Positions 9,859-21,273 of a DNA stretch of 31,379 bases are shown piece after piece. Within the stretch, counting starts at the first letter, position 1; the number at the start of each line of letters is the position of its first letter. Source of the stretch: Octopus sinensis (Eukaryota); the NCBI RefSeq assembly GCF_006345805.1, contig NW_021832342.1, forward strand, positions 1 to 31,379, read 5' to 3'. The notes under the pieces were generated by a model. That model had not been told where the DNA came from. It was given only the letters and a program-made list of their open reading frames with translations, and ran no database searches. A program made the position numbers and the translations under genes.

Positions 9859-9940
9859 TGGCAGCGGTGGGATTCGAACCCACGCCTCCGAAGAGACTGG
9901 TGCCTTAAACCAGCGCCTTAGACCGCTCGGCCACGCTACC
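9859..9940 (-). tRNA. tRNA-Leu-AAG: tRNA-Leu AAG (copy 8; left flank of copy 1, right flank of copy 2)
   Basis: Consensus sequence with chimeric flanks. Confidence 0.98.
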
Positions 9941-10678
9941 AGAGCCGTCGGCATGTCATATAATTTCCATATATATGGAGACAGCCACCAATATATATGT
10001 CTGTGGCTTTCGATTGGATAAAGTTACCCACTTTGCAAGATTTAAAAGCTATTAACTTCCTTATCTGATAACTTATGACAAAAATGAAATTCATTTTCAT
10101 ACCAGGCATACAAAACTACATCAGTACATCAAATTTGAAAACAGCTGAAACAAAATTATAGAATGATAAACTGTGACAGCAACAGAAAAGAACACGGGTG
10201 ACTTTGGAAGCATACTTTTGCCATCATGGATAATATCAGGAAATATAACATACATCGTGCACTCCGCCTTATTTCGAATTGGAGGGTATAAGGTCATTCT
10301 CAAAATTTCTGGTAATTATTGTGCAGGCTCCTTTTACCGAACCGCCATATTAAGAGGACATAAAGAAAGCAGAACCGGTCGCCTATCGACAGTGAGGGAC
10401 AAACACTTGACAAGGATAAACACACTTACATATATACATATATAAAACAGGCTTCGACACAGTGGCTATCTTCTAAATTTTTCTAACCGAAGCTATACAA
10501 AACATTTGCACAAGGTGCCGCCCGATCGCGTACACACGCACACACAGACACACACACAAATATATGGACCAAAAATTAAAGGTATCACGAAAACGAGATT
10601 GAAAAAAAAGCAAACAAACAAACGCTCAAGAAAATAGAAGGAAAAGCTTTTTTGCTTCGAGCATACGTTCTTCTAGAG

Positions 10679-10865
10679 TAAGTGGTCCACAACCTTTTCT
10701 TCACTTGCGGTACATTTATATTCTTTCCAAAATTCGGAATACACCTGTACAAAAAATATAACTAAAAATATAGGGGATAAAATTATATTCAGGTTACACT
10801 GCGGCACACCAAGCATCGTCTCGTGACACACCAGTGTGTCGCGACAAACCCGTTGCAGAGCACTG
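10679..10865. mobile_element. hAT-Charlie-like MITE, copy 3
   Basis: Same element and flanks as copies 1 and 2. Confidence 0.7.
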
Positions 10866-11034
10866 TTCTAGACAAAGAATAGACGAGGGCAGAAAAGAAA
10901 ATGGAGAGAGAATTCAAAAAACGAGTTACAGTTAGACGTTTGTCGCATCCATAATGTCTTGAGCTGTTGTAATTTTCATATGTATATGAAATATGAAAAA
11001 ACAAATATACCCAAAAACGTTATTAAAAGTTGAT

Positions 11035-11116
11035 TGGCAGCCGTGGGATTCGAACCCACGCCTCCGAAGAGACTGGTGCCTTAAACCAGCGCCTTAGACC
11101 GCTCGGCCACGCTACC
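11035..11116 (-). tRNA. tRNA-Leu-AAG: tRNA-Leu AAG (copy 9, acceptor-stem mismatch)
   Basis: 3' acceptor strand GGCTGCC instead of CGCTGCC gives a G7-G66 mismatch. Confidence 0.85.
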
Positions 11117-11212
11117 GACGAGCTGCAGGGTTACATTACAATATAGTCACCATGAGTATGCATCTCCTGTGGGAAAAACGATTTTTTATATATCAATATT
11201 TTACATGTATAA

Positions 11213-11608
11213 GGCAGCGAGCTGGCAGAAACGATAACACGCCGGACGAAATGCTTAGCGGTATTTCGTTTGCCGCTACGTTCTGAGTTCAAATTCCGCC
11301 GAGGTCGACTTTGTCTTTCATCCTTTCGGGGTCGATAAATTAAGTACCAGTTACGCACTGGGTCGATCTAATCGACTTAATCCGTTTGTCTGTCCTTGTT
11401 TGCCCCTTCTGTTTACTACCCTTGTGGGTAGTAAAGAAATAGGTATTTCGTCTGACTTGATAATTTGAGTTCAAATTCCGCCGAGGTCAACTTTGCTTTC
11501 ATCATTTTGGGGTCGATAAATCAAGTACCAGTTGCGTACAGGGGTCCATCCAATGACTGGCCCCGTACCCAAAACTTTCAGGCCTTGTGCCTAGAGTAGA
11601 AAAGAATA
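11213..11608 (+). mobile_element. SINE S1, two modules
   Basis: Paralog of 4102-4496 with the same TSD-like flanks. Confidence 0.85.
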
Positions 11609-11688
11609 CTTTACATGTATATATTTATCAAAATAATGTAGTTATCGAATCTAAATCTGATCAATGAAATGTTGCCAAAACTAACATG

Positions 11689-11770
11689 TGGCAGCGGTGG
11701 GATTCGAACCCACGCCTCCGAAGAGACTGGTGCCTAAAACCAGCGCCTTAGACCACTCGGCCACGCTACC
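11689..11770 (-). tRNA. tRNA-Leu-TAG: tRNA-Leu TAG (copy 10)
   Basis: Consensus TAG sequence. Confidence 0.98.
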
Positions 11771-12178
11771 AGAACAGTTCGGCAGTCCATATATTACTAT
11801 GAAATTATCACGCTATTGTGTAATCTCAGGAAGTTAGAGTATTTATGTGTGACAGTTTGACAGTCTTATACTTCGATATTTTGTGTATCTATATGCACTC
11901 TCTCTCTCTCTCATCCCACCCCCTCTCATATATACTTATATAAAACGGGCTTCGACACAGTGGCTATCTTCTAAATTTTTCTAACCGAAGCTATAGAAAA
12001 CATTAGCACAAGGTGCCGCCCGATCGCGTACACACGCACACACAGACACACCCACAAATATATGGACCAAAAATTAAAGGTATCACGAAAACGAGATTGG
12101 AAAAAAAAGCAAACAAACAAACGCTCAAGAAAATAGAAGGAAAAGCTTTTTATGCTTCGAGCATACGTTCTTCTAGAG

Positions 12179-12368
12179 TAAGTGGTCCACAACCTTTTTT
12201 TTTTCACTTGCGGTACGTTTACATTCTTTCCAAAATTCGGAATACACCTGTACAAACAATATAACTAAAAATATAGGGGATAAAATTATATTCAGGTTAC
12301 ACTGCGGCACACCAAGCATCGTCTCGTGACACACCAGTGTGTCGCGACAAACCCGTTGCAGAGCACCG
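12179..12368. mobile_element. hAT-Charlie-like MITE, copy 4
   Basis: Same element and flanks. Confidence 0.7.
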
Positions 12369-12468
12369 TTCTAGACAAAGAATGGACGAGGACAGAAAAG
12401 AAAATGGAGAGAGAATACAAAAAACGAGTTACAGTTAGACGTTGAAACAAAACAAAAAGAATGCATAT

Positions 12469-12550
12469 TGGCAGCGGTGGGATTCGAACCCACGCCTCCG
12501 AAGAGACTGGTGCCTTAAACCAGCGCCTTAGACCGCTCGGCCACGCTACC
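12469..12550 (-). tRNA. tRNA-Leu-AAG: tRNA-Leu AAG (copy 11)
   Basis: Consensus sequence. Confidence 0.98.
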
Positions 12551-12646
12551 GATAACATGAAATGCTGCGTTACAATATAGTCATCATGAGTATGTATTTC
12601 TTGTGGGAAAAACGATGTTTTATATATCAATGTTCTATATGTATAA

Positions 12647-13165
12647 GGCGGCGAGCTGGCAGAATCGTTAGCACGCCGGACAAAATGCTTAGCGGTATTT
12701 CGTCTACCGCTACGTTCTGAGTTCAAATTCCGCCGAGGTTGACTTTGCCGTTCATCCTGGAGTCGATGTAATCGACTTAATCCGTTTGTCTGTCCTTGTT
12801 TATCCTCTCTGTGTTTAGTCCCTTGTGGGTAGTAAAGAAATAGGTATTTCGTCTACCGTTACGTTCTGAGTTCAAATTCCGCCGGGCTCGATTAAATAAG
12901 TACCAGTTACGCACTGGGTCGATCTAATCGACTTAATCCGTTTGTCTGTCCTTGTTTGTCTCCTCTGTGTTTAGACCCTTGTGGGTAGTAAAGAAATAGG
13001 TATTTCGTCTGACTTGATAATTTGAGTTCAAATTCCGCCGAGGTCAACTTTGCTTTCATCCTTTTGGGGTCGATAAATCAAGTACCAGTTGCGTACAGGG
13101 GTCGATCCAATGACTGACCACGTCCCCAAAACATTCAGGTCTTGTGCCTAGAGTAGAAAAGAATA
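12647..13165 (+). mobile_element. SINE S1, three modules (first module internally deleted)
   Basis: Paralog of 5539-6093. Confidence 0.85.
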
Positions 13166-13244
13166 CTTTACATGTATATATTTATCAAAATAATTTGTTA
13201 TCGAATCTAAATCTGATCATTGAAATTTTGCCAAAACTAACATG

Positions 13245-13326
13245 TGGCAGCGGTGGGATTCGAACCCACGCCTCCGAAGAGACTGGTGCCTAAAACCAGC
13301 GCCTTAGACCACTCGGCCACGCTACC
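13245..13326 (-). tRNA. tRNA-Leu-TAG: tRNA-Leu TAG (copy 12)
   Basis: Consensus TAG sequence. Confidence 0.98.
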
Positions 13327-13542
13327 AGAACACTTCGGTAGTCCATATATTACTATGAAATTATCACGCTATTGTGTAATCTCATAGGAAGATAAAGTAT
13401 TTATGTGTGACAGTTTGACAGTCTTATACTTCGATATTTTGTGTATCTGTATGCACACTCCCTCTCTCTCTCATTCCCCCCCCCTCTCTCTCTTACTCGC
13501 TCTTTCTCGCCCTTTCTATCTATCTATCTTTTTATGCATCTG

Positions 13543-13576
<34 letters not shown>

Positions 13577-13976
13577 TTATGTAAACACATGCCTACACTC
13601 TCAGACGTACACACACACAGTAGGACAGAGAGGTCCTCACAGCCCTGTGAGTGAATTTGGTAGACGGAAACTGAAAGAAGCCCGACGTATATATATATAT
13701 GAATATTTTTTAGACCACTCCCCTAAGAAAGACAGTTTGTGCCCTGCCTACCCCAAAAAAAGTCCCCCACCACCACCCCATCAAATCTGCCTAAATGTAT
13801 ATATGCCAAAACTATTCTTGACGCCAAGCTTCCTGATCATTTCATTCGAATGAAACAGTTCTAGTCCTGTAGAAGCTCCTTCTATAAAATAAATTAATTT
13901 ACTCTGCCATGTATTGAGTACCTTATTTACTGTGGTTAACCACGACTCAACCCGGGACCTACATATATATATATAT

Positions 13977-14040
13977 CCGAAGGTACGGATCCATTTTGCC
14001 GACTTCCCTTACCTACATTGGCGCTATCGACGAGAGGCTG
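13977..14040 (-). pseudogene. ~64-bp fragment of 28S/LSU rRNA embedded in a TA tract
   Basis: Minus strand CAGCCTCTCGTCGATAGCGCCAATGTAGGTAAGGGAAGTCGGCAAAATGGATCCGTACCTTCGG matches the conserved eukaryotic LSU segment CAGCCTCT...AATGTAGGTAAGGGAAGTCGGCAA..GGATCCGTAACTTCGG (recalled, not searched). Confidence 0.85.
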
Positions 14041-14140
14041 TATATATATATATTCATATATATATCTATATAAACAAAACCAACATGCTCTGACATTATT
14101 GACATAATTTCATATAAATATATCATAGCTACGACATATC

Positions 14141-14222
14141 GGTAGCGTGGCCGAGCGGTCTAAGGCGCTGGTTTAAGGCACCAGTCTCTTCGGAGGCGTG
14201 GGTTCGAATCCCACCGCTGCCA
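14141..14222 (+). tRNA. tRNA-Leu-AAG: tRNA-Leu AAG (copy 13)
   Basis: Perfect consensus, followed by a long T run. Confidence 0.98.
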
Positions 14223-14260
14223 ATTTGAATTTTTTTTTACATTTCCATATATATATATAT

Positions 14261-14293
<33 letters not shown>

Positions 14294-14318
14294 GTATGTA
14301 TACATATATATGATCGGT

Positions 14319-14998
14319 GGCCCAAGAGTAACCGAACCCTAATTATTGTTAAAGGTAACACGTAAATGGAACAGAATTTTTTATTACACAAGGTTACAGC
14401 AAATATTTAATAAATTCGATAGGGTTCGGTTATACACATACTTACATGCGTACGTACGTGCATGCGTGCGTGCGTGCGTGCGTTCGTGCGTGCGTAATTA
14501 CGTATGTATGTATGTATGTATGTATGTATGTATGTATGTATACAGGTTAACATGCATTTTGTCGCCGCAAAAAAAAAGGGGGGGAATATAAATTGTCGCG
14601 AAAAATTGCTGAAAAATTAATGTGAATTACGATAGAAGCCGGAAGTGATGACGCTGGCTTAACGAATGTATAGAAGGTACGTATGTTAAATATATGAACA
14701 CTTGATTTATTTTATATAAGATGAAAACAATCGCATTTACGTGGCAGCAACAGTCACTGTTACACGAAATGAGATTTGTGAACAGTTTTCCACGATTTCT
14801 AAATTTGTTTCGCAACACATGCTTATGAAGATATGATTTAAATGAATCGTCGCTAATCCCATATCGTCGCCTGAGTTTCTTCATGGCGGGAATCCATCGC
14901 CCGTGTAGAATTTGTGAAAGGATACTGTCATCGTTTGAATCAACAAAATTGAGCGCATGGTCGACAACTTCATGAGTGTAGAACTTGTCTAGACCCAC
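14319..14998 (-). mobile_element. Merlin-like remnant, copy C (cut by a large deletion)
   Basis: ORF 14627-15004 (GLDKFYTHEVVDH...). The shared boundary with copy D is GGCCCAAGAG, consistent with a GG-starting Merlin terminus. Confidence 0.72.
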
Positions 14999-15008
14999 AG
15001 ACATATGG

Positions 15009-15323
15009 GTCTACCGTTACGTTCTGAGTTCAAATTCCGTCGGGCTCGATTAAATAAGTACCAGTTACGCACTGGGGTCGATATAATCGACTTAATCCGT
15101 TTGTCTGTCCTTGTTTGTCTCCTCTGTGTTTAGCCCCTTGTGGGTAGTAAAGAAATAGGTATTTCGTCTGACTTGATACTTTGAGTTCAAATTCCGCCGA
15201 GGTCAACTTTGCTTTCATCCTTTTGGGTCGATAAATCAAGTACCAGTTGCGTACAGGGGCCGATCCAATGACTGGCCCCGTCCCCAAAACTCTCAGGTCT
15301 TGTGCCTAGAGTAGAAAAGAATA
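15009..15323 (+). mobile_element. SINE S1, 5'-deleted (modules 2-3)
   Basis: Matches ~12850-13165 and is joined directly to Merlin copy C. Confidence 0.85.
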
Positions 15324-15403
15324 CTTTACATGTATATATTTATCAACATAATGTAGTTATCGAATCTAAATCTGATCAATGAAATGTTGCCAAAACTAAC
15401 ATG

Positions 15404-15485
15404 TGGCAGCGGTGGGATTCGAACCCACGCCTCCGAAGAGACTGGTGCCTAAAACCAGCGCCTTAGACCACTCGGCCACGCTACC
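15404..15485 (-). tRNA. tRNA-Leu-TAG: tRNA-Leu TAG (copy 14)
   Basis: Consensus TAG sequence. Confidence 0.98.
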
Positions 15486-15829
15486 AGAACAGTTCGACAG
15501 TCCATATATTACAATGAAATTATCACGCTATTGTGTAATCTCATAGGAAGTTAGAGTATTTATGTGTGTCAGTTTGACAGTCTTATACTTCGATATTTTG
15601 TGTATCTGTATGCACACTCTCTCTCTCTCTCTCTCATTCACACTCCCCTCTCTCTCACTCGCTCTTTCTCGCTCTATCTATCTATGAATCTGTGTATGTG
15701 TATGTATGTATGTATGTATTATGTAAACATATGCCTACACTCACACACGCACACACACACAGTAGGACAGAGAGGTCATCACAGCCTTGTGAGTGGATTT
15801 GGTAGACGGAAACTGAAAGAAGCCCGTCG

Positions 15830-16085
<256 letters not shown>

Positions 16086-16167
16086 TATAAATATTATCTT
16101 ACAAAACCAACATGCTCTGACATTATTGACATAATTTCTTATAAATATATCAGCTCTTCACCATATC

Positions 16168-16249
16168 GGTAGCGTGGCCGAGCGGTCTAAGGCGCTGGTT
16201 TAAGGCACCAGTCTCCTTGGAGGCGTGGGTTCGAATCCCACCGCTGCCA
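16168..16249 (+). tRNA. tRNA-Leu-AAG: tRNA-Leu AAG (copy 15, variable-loop variant)
   Basis: Variable arm TCTCCTTGGAGGC. A long T terminator follows. Confidence 0.95.
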
Positions 16250-16606
16250 ATTTTTTTTTTTTTTTACATTTCCATATATGTATATATATGTATGTATATA
16301 TTCATATATATATTAATAAATGAAATAAAACATATGCATATATATAAACATATATGTACGTACCTACCTCTACATGTACATATACACGCATATATGAGTA
16401 CAGGACACCAAAGGGACGTCGAACACAATGAGAAACGAAAACATAGACACAAACCAGAGGAACTGGACATTTTTTTAAAACAACAAAAAAATAGAGTACA
16501 GCACAATTAACACAAAGAAAAAAAACCCTTCCTCAGTCGCTACGGTTTCATCTACTCTACGTTTCGAAGGATAAAAGCGAGACGTATCTTCGACAAGAAA
16601 CTTTCC

Positions 16607-17470
16607 GGCCCAAGAGAAACCGAACCCTAATATTGTTAAAGGTAACACATAAATGGAACAGAATTTTTTATTACACAAGGTTACAGCAAATATTCAATAA
16701 ATTCGAGAGGGTTCGGTTATACACATACGTGCATGCGTACGTACGTGCATGCGTACTTACGTGCATGCGTGCGTGCGTGCGTGCGTGCGTACGTACGCAC
16801 GTACGTACGTATGTATGTATGTATGTATGTATGTATGTATGTATGTATGTATGCATGTATGTATACAGGTTATCATGCATTTTGTCGCCGCAAAAAGAAA
16901 AAGGGAATATAAATTGTTGCGAAAAATTGCTGAAAAATTAACGTGAATTACGATAGAAGCCGGAAGTGATGACGCTGGCTTAACGAATGTATAGAACGTA
17001 CGTATGTTAAATATAACATGAACACTTGATATATTTTATATAAGATGAAAACAATCGCATTTACGTGGCAGCAACAGTCACTGATGCACGAAATGAGATT
17101 TGTGAACAGTTTTCCACGATTTCTAAATTTGTTTCGCAACACATGCTTATGAAGATATGATTAAAATAAATCGTCGCTAATCCCATATTGTCGCCTGAGT
17201 TTCTTCATGGCGGGAATCCATCGCCCGTGTAGAATTTGTGAAAGGATACTGTCATCGTTTGAATCAACAAAATTGAGCGCATGGTCGACAACTTCATGAG
17301 TATAGAAGTTGTCGAGACCCACATACGAAGCCTACCCATGGGATATCAAATACATTCCTGACAATATCCAATGCCCGATAAATGTCTTAAGTGTTTCGTG
17401 CGTACGATGACAGATGGAGTTCTTTATGCAAGTTTAATATATCACTGTCGTCACTTCCGATTCTCTAGGA
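16607..17470 (-). mobile_element. Merlin-like remnant, copy D (no RTE or CR1 insertion)
   Basis: Starts GGCCCAAGAG and has the same transposase fragment with an extra K-to-stop (TTA TTT TAA). The RTE site is empty (GAGTTCTTTATGCAAG). Confidence 0.72.
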
Positions 17471-17594
17471 CAATTAACAATCACATTTTACAATAGTAAA
17501 CTGTATATGATAACTTAGTATACCTAACATAAAATCGGAATACGAATATGGAAATGTACAAAATAAGAGGGTAAAAAAAAAAGCAAGCATCAAA

Positions 17595-17676
17595 TGGCAG
17601 CGGTGGGATTCGAACCCACGCCTCCGAAGAGACTGGTGCCTTAAACCAGCGCCTTAGACCGCTCGGCCACGCTACC
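17595..17676 (-). tRNA. tRNA-Leu-AAG: tRNA-Leu AAG (copy 16)
   Basis: Consensus sequence; flanks resemble copy 1. Confidence 0.98.
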
Positions 17677-18218
17677 GACACGTTTGCCGTTTGACAGATT
17701 AATATTAAATTATAATGTCAGTGCGTGTTGTTTGTGTAAGATAATATTTATATGAAGAAGTGTTTTATATGCCGCCATTTTCAAAGCCTGTGAGTATGTA
17801 TATACATATATGCATGCATGTATGTTGAGCGGGTGGATGGAAAGTTGTGTCATTATGCACCCTGGCCCAAAGAACTTCATGCTGAACCCTTTATTCCGTC
17901 CGCAAGGGTAGATTGATCTCATCCGAAAGTCAATACCAGGGATACTTTCCTTCCGATTACTTCCTTCTTTATCATACCCTTTGCTCGTTCCACTTCTACA
18001 ACTGTGTGTGTGTGGGGGGGGGGGTTCATATTTCACTCATTTGACTACGGCCATGCTGGAACACCACCTGAATCAAACAAATCGCGTATACAACACATAT
18101 AGTTGTAATTGATAATGAAGCAATCTGATAAATATTAAGTAATAATTCATAGATCATATTTATTAGAAAATGTAAACATGGAATAAGAACACTGAAAGAA
18201 AACAAAAAAAATGTACAT

Positions 18219-18300
18219 TGGCAGCGGTGGGATTCGAACCCACGCCTCCGAAGAGACTGGTGCCTTAAACCAGCGCCTTAGACCGCTCGGCCACGCTACC
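18219..18300 (-). tRNA. tRNA-Leu-AAG: tRNA-Leu AAG (copy 17)
   Basis: Consensus sequence; last tRNA of the cluster. Confidence 0.98.
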
Positions 18301-18589
18301 GATATGGTTACTGCTTGATATATTAATATGAAATTTTTAATATCAGATAATATTTATATGAAGGAGTATTTTATATATCACTATTTTCAAAGCATGTATG
18401 AATGTGTATATGTATGCATATCGGGCTTCTACTATTACTGATGGTAGTGGTGGGAGGAGCTGCTCACTTGTGGTCCGTACGGAATGATGTGTGTATCCTA
18501 TGATGGCCTTAGGAGCCATATGAGATGTCATCAGCGATAGGAAGACCAAACTTGAAATTTTTGCTGAACTCATCTACCATACCTAAAAT

Positions 18590-18644
18590 AATATATATAT
18601 ATACATACATTCATACATACATAGATACATACATACACATATAT

Positions 18645-18690
<46 letters not shown>

Positions 18691-18855
18691 GTATATATAT
18701 ATATATGTATATATATAAATGTATATATATAAATGTATATATATATATATATATAATATATATATATGTATGTATGTATGTGTGTGTGTGTGTGTGCGTG
18801 CGTGTGTGTGTGTGTGGTGTGTGTGTGTGTGTGTTGTGTGTGTGTGTGCGTGTAT
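18590..18855. repeat. Compound (TA)n/(TG)n microsatellite
   Basis: Directly visible. Confidence 0.9.
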
Positions 18856-18857
18856 CT

Positions 18858-19033
18858 TCGTGTCTGTGTTTGTTCCCCACCATCGCTTGACACCGGAGTT
18901 GGTGTTTTTATATAGCGGTCCGGCAGAAGACATCGATAGAATAAGTACTAGGTTCGAAATCGTTCGACTAAAATTCTTCAAGGCGGTACCCCACCATGGC
19001 CGCCGTTTAATGACTGAAACAAATAAAAGATAG
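18858..19033 (+). mobile_element. 3' half of SINE S2
   Basis: CATCGCTTGACA...GATAGAATAAGTACTAGG...CATGGCCGC...GACTGAAACAAATAAAAGA is homologous to the reverse complement of 27740-27935. Confidence 0.75.
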
Positions 19034-19479
19034 AAAATATATACGTGTGCTTGTGGGTGGGGTTGTGTACTCATGTATATGTTTATGTATAATAGCATGA
19101 AAGAGATTTGGTTAGTACTTCTAGCAAAATATATCGGGTCCTTGACTTGGGCTTCTTCTGGTACGTAATACACACAGGAATGGAATGAACGTGACAGCAC
19201 TGTAATTCCGCCTTTCTAAAGAATAAAATCCCTGTCTATATGTATTCAGATATGCCTCACTTACCGCTATCAAACATTTTACAGAGCTACAGCTGAAATT
19301 TCAATTGGATTGATTACACAACCACATTTGTTGTAGCCCGATATCTGACATGCGTGCGAAAATGAACGTCTATAGACACGCACTGATCCACAGGCATACA
19401 TGCACGCATATTCACGCACGTGCATATACACACATGCATTCATGCGTTTATACATTCATGGGTGTGTATGTGTGTGTGC

Positions 19480-19501
19480 ATATATATTATATATATGTAT
19501 G

Positions 19502-19549
<48 letters not shown>

Positions 19550-19637
19550 CATATATACGTATATATGTGCATATTTACATATATGCATATGTGTGTGTGT
19601 GTGTGCGTGCGTGCATACCCGTGTATATCTATTCATG

Positions 19638-19693
<56 letters not shown>

Positions 19694-19700
19694 TATATTC
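19480..19700. repeat. Compound (TA)n/(TG)n microsatellite
   Basis: Directly visible. Confidence 0.9.
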
Positions 19701-20100
19701 AAAATGTGTACCGCGTGTGTATCGTTGGCGATTTTTTTTCCTCCGTCTTCCCTCCCTTGGATCTTTCCTTTTCCTATGTTTCTGACGAAGAGCTCCGCTC
19801 AAAATGTTAAATCCTCCTTCTTTCATTCCTTTCCTGACCGCCCAATAACACTATACTTATTCCAAGTCCTCGCGTTGTTGTGTTTTCTCTTTGTGTTTTC
19901 ATGTTTGGATTAACTTTATATATATATATATATTATATAAAAGGGCTTAGTAAAATAATTACTTTGCCGCATACTGAACTCGTTAGAAATAGCAGCTAAA
20001 AAAACTATTTCTAACACTTAAAGAAAACCTCTCTCATATAGTGCTTGCTCAATTCAACCCAAGAAAGTATGAGGGTAGAGACATTAAAAAATCAAATGCA

Positions 20101-20171
20101 AAGGTTATTTGAGTACGTACGTTTCAAGATTAGCCAAATTCGACCCTTCTCTCATCAGCTCAGAATGCCTT
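20101..20171 (-). ncRNA. Type I hammerhead ribozyme (array 2, copy 1)
   Basis: Minus strand: AAGG CATTC TGAG CTGATGA GAGA AG GGTCG AATT TGGCT AA TCTT GAAA C GTAC GT A CTCA AATAA CCTT. The stem III loop GUAC is palindromic. GUA site, H17 = 20114. Confidence 0.9.
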
Positions 20172-20648
20172 GTTTGAGTTTGAAAACACTGAAAATGGGA
20201 GCATACCCTTTCGGCTTGTTATCGCTTCTGAAGATCTGCTCCCAACTAACAGTGCTAGCTAACTCAAATATGCAAGAGAAAAATTTCTGTTCTCCCCTTT
20301 CCACCAGCGTGGGTTAAAATCAGCAAACACTATGCTTTTTTTCGGTAAAATCCAAGACAATTAAGTAGAGAGAGATGAATTATAATTTCAACAATTGAGG
20401 GTAAAATTAATTAATAATTAATCAATTTCACAAGTATTCAGTATGCAAAGGGACCATTTAAGGCAAATTCAAATTATTACATTATATAAAAGGCTTAGTA
20501 AAAAAATTACTTTGCCGCATACTGAACTCGTTAGAAATAGCAGCTAAAAAAACTATTTCTAACACTTAAAGAAAACCTCTCTCATATAGTGCTTGCTCAA
20601 TTCAACCCAAGAAAGTATGAGGGTAGAGACATTAAAAAATCAAATGCA

Positions 20649-20720
20649 AAGGTTATTTGAGTACGTACGTTTCAAGATTAGCCAAATTCGACCCTTCTCT
20701 CATCAGCTCAGAATGCCCTT
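20649..20720 (-). ncRNA. Type I hammerhead ribozyme (array 2, copy 2)
   Basis: Same motif, H17 = 20662. Confidence 0.9.
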
Positions 20721-21201
20721 GTTTGAGTTTGAAAACACTGAAAATGGGAGCATACCCTTTCGGCTTGTTATCGCTTCTGAAGATCTGCTCCCAACTAACA
20801 GTGCTAGCTAACTCAAATATGCAAGAGAAAAATTTCTGTTCTCCCCTTTCCACCAGCGTGGGTTAAAATCAGCACAAACACTATGCTTTTTTTCGGTAAA
20901 ATCCAAGACAATTAAGTAGAGAGAGATGAATATAATTTCAACAATTGAGGGTAAAATTAATTAATTAATTAATCAATTTCACCAAGTATTCAGTATGCAA
21001 AGGGACCATTTAAGGCAAATTCAAATTATTACATTATTAAAAGGGCTTAGTAAAATAAATTACTTTGCCGCATACTGAACTCGTTAGAAATAGCAGCTAA
21101 AAAAACTATTTCTAACACTTAAAGAAAACCTCTCTCATATAGTGCTTGCTCAATTCAACCCAAGAAAGTATGAGGGTAGAGACATTAAAAAATCAAATGC
21201 A

Positions 21202-21273
21202 AAGGTTATTTGAGTACGTACGTTTCAAGATTAGCCAAATTCGACCCTTCTCTCATCAGCTCAGAATGCCCTT
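21202..21273 (-). ncRNA. Type I hammerhead ribozyme (array 2, copy 3)
   Basis: Same motif, H17 = 21215. Confidence 0.9.

Noticed and set aside
13930-13962. tRNA/B-box-like GGTCCCGGGTTGAGTC on the minus strand
   Set aside because: No cloverleaf or A-box; too short to call.
14627-15004. 125-aa ORF as a novel multi-copy protein gene
   Set aside because: It is a read-through of a dead Merlin-like transposase. There is an upstream in-frame stop in the copies that retain that region, the catalytic residues are lost, and paralogs have stops or frameshifts.
16527-16600. Hammerhead-like words on the minus strand (CCTTCGAAACG...GACTGAGGAAGG)
   Set aside because: GAAAC precedes CTGAGGA, stem II is out of register by 2 nt, and no stem I or III can be closed. 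At most a Penelope-like remnant.
19262-19295. Possible 28-nt micro-exon on the minus strand (TTTCAG|...GCG|GTAAGT)
   Set aside because: Splice-like words are frequent by chance, and no linked exons or homology were recognised.
18525-19913. Long ORFs rich in YI/VC/HT/RA dipeptides (also 951-1205, 7678-8019, 15564-16134, 26101-27027, 29003-29693)
   Set aside because: These are translations of microsatellites with no coding signal.
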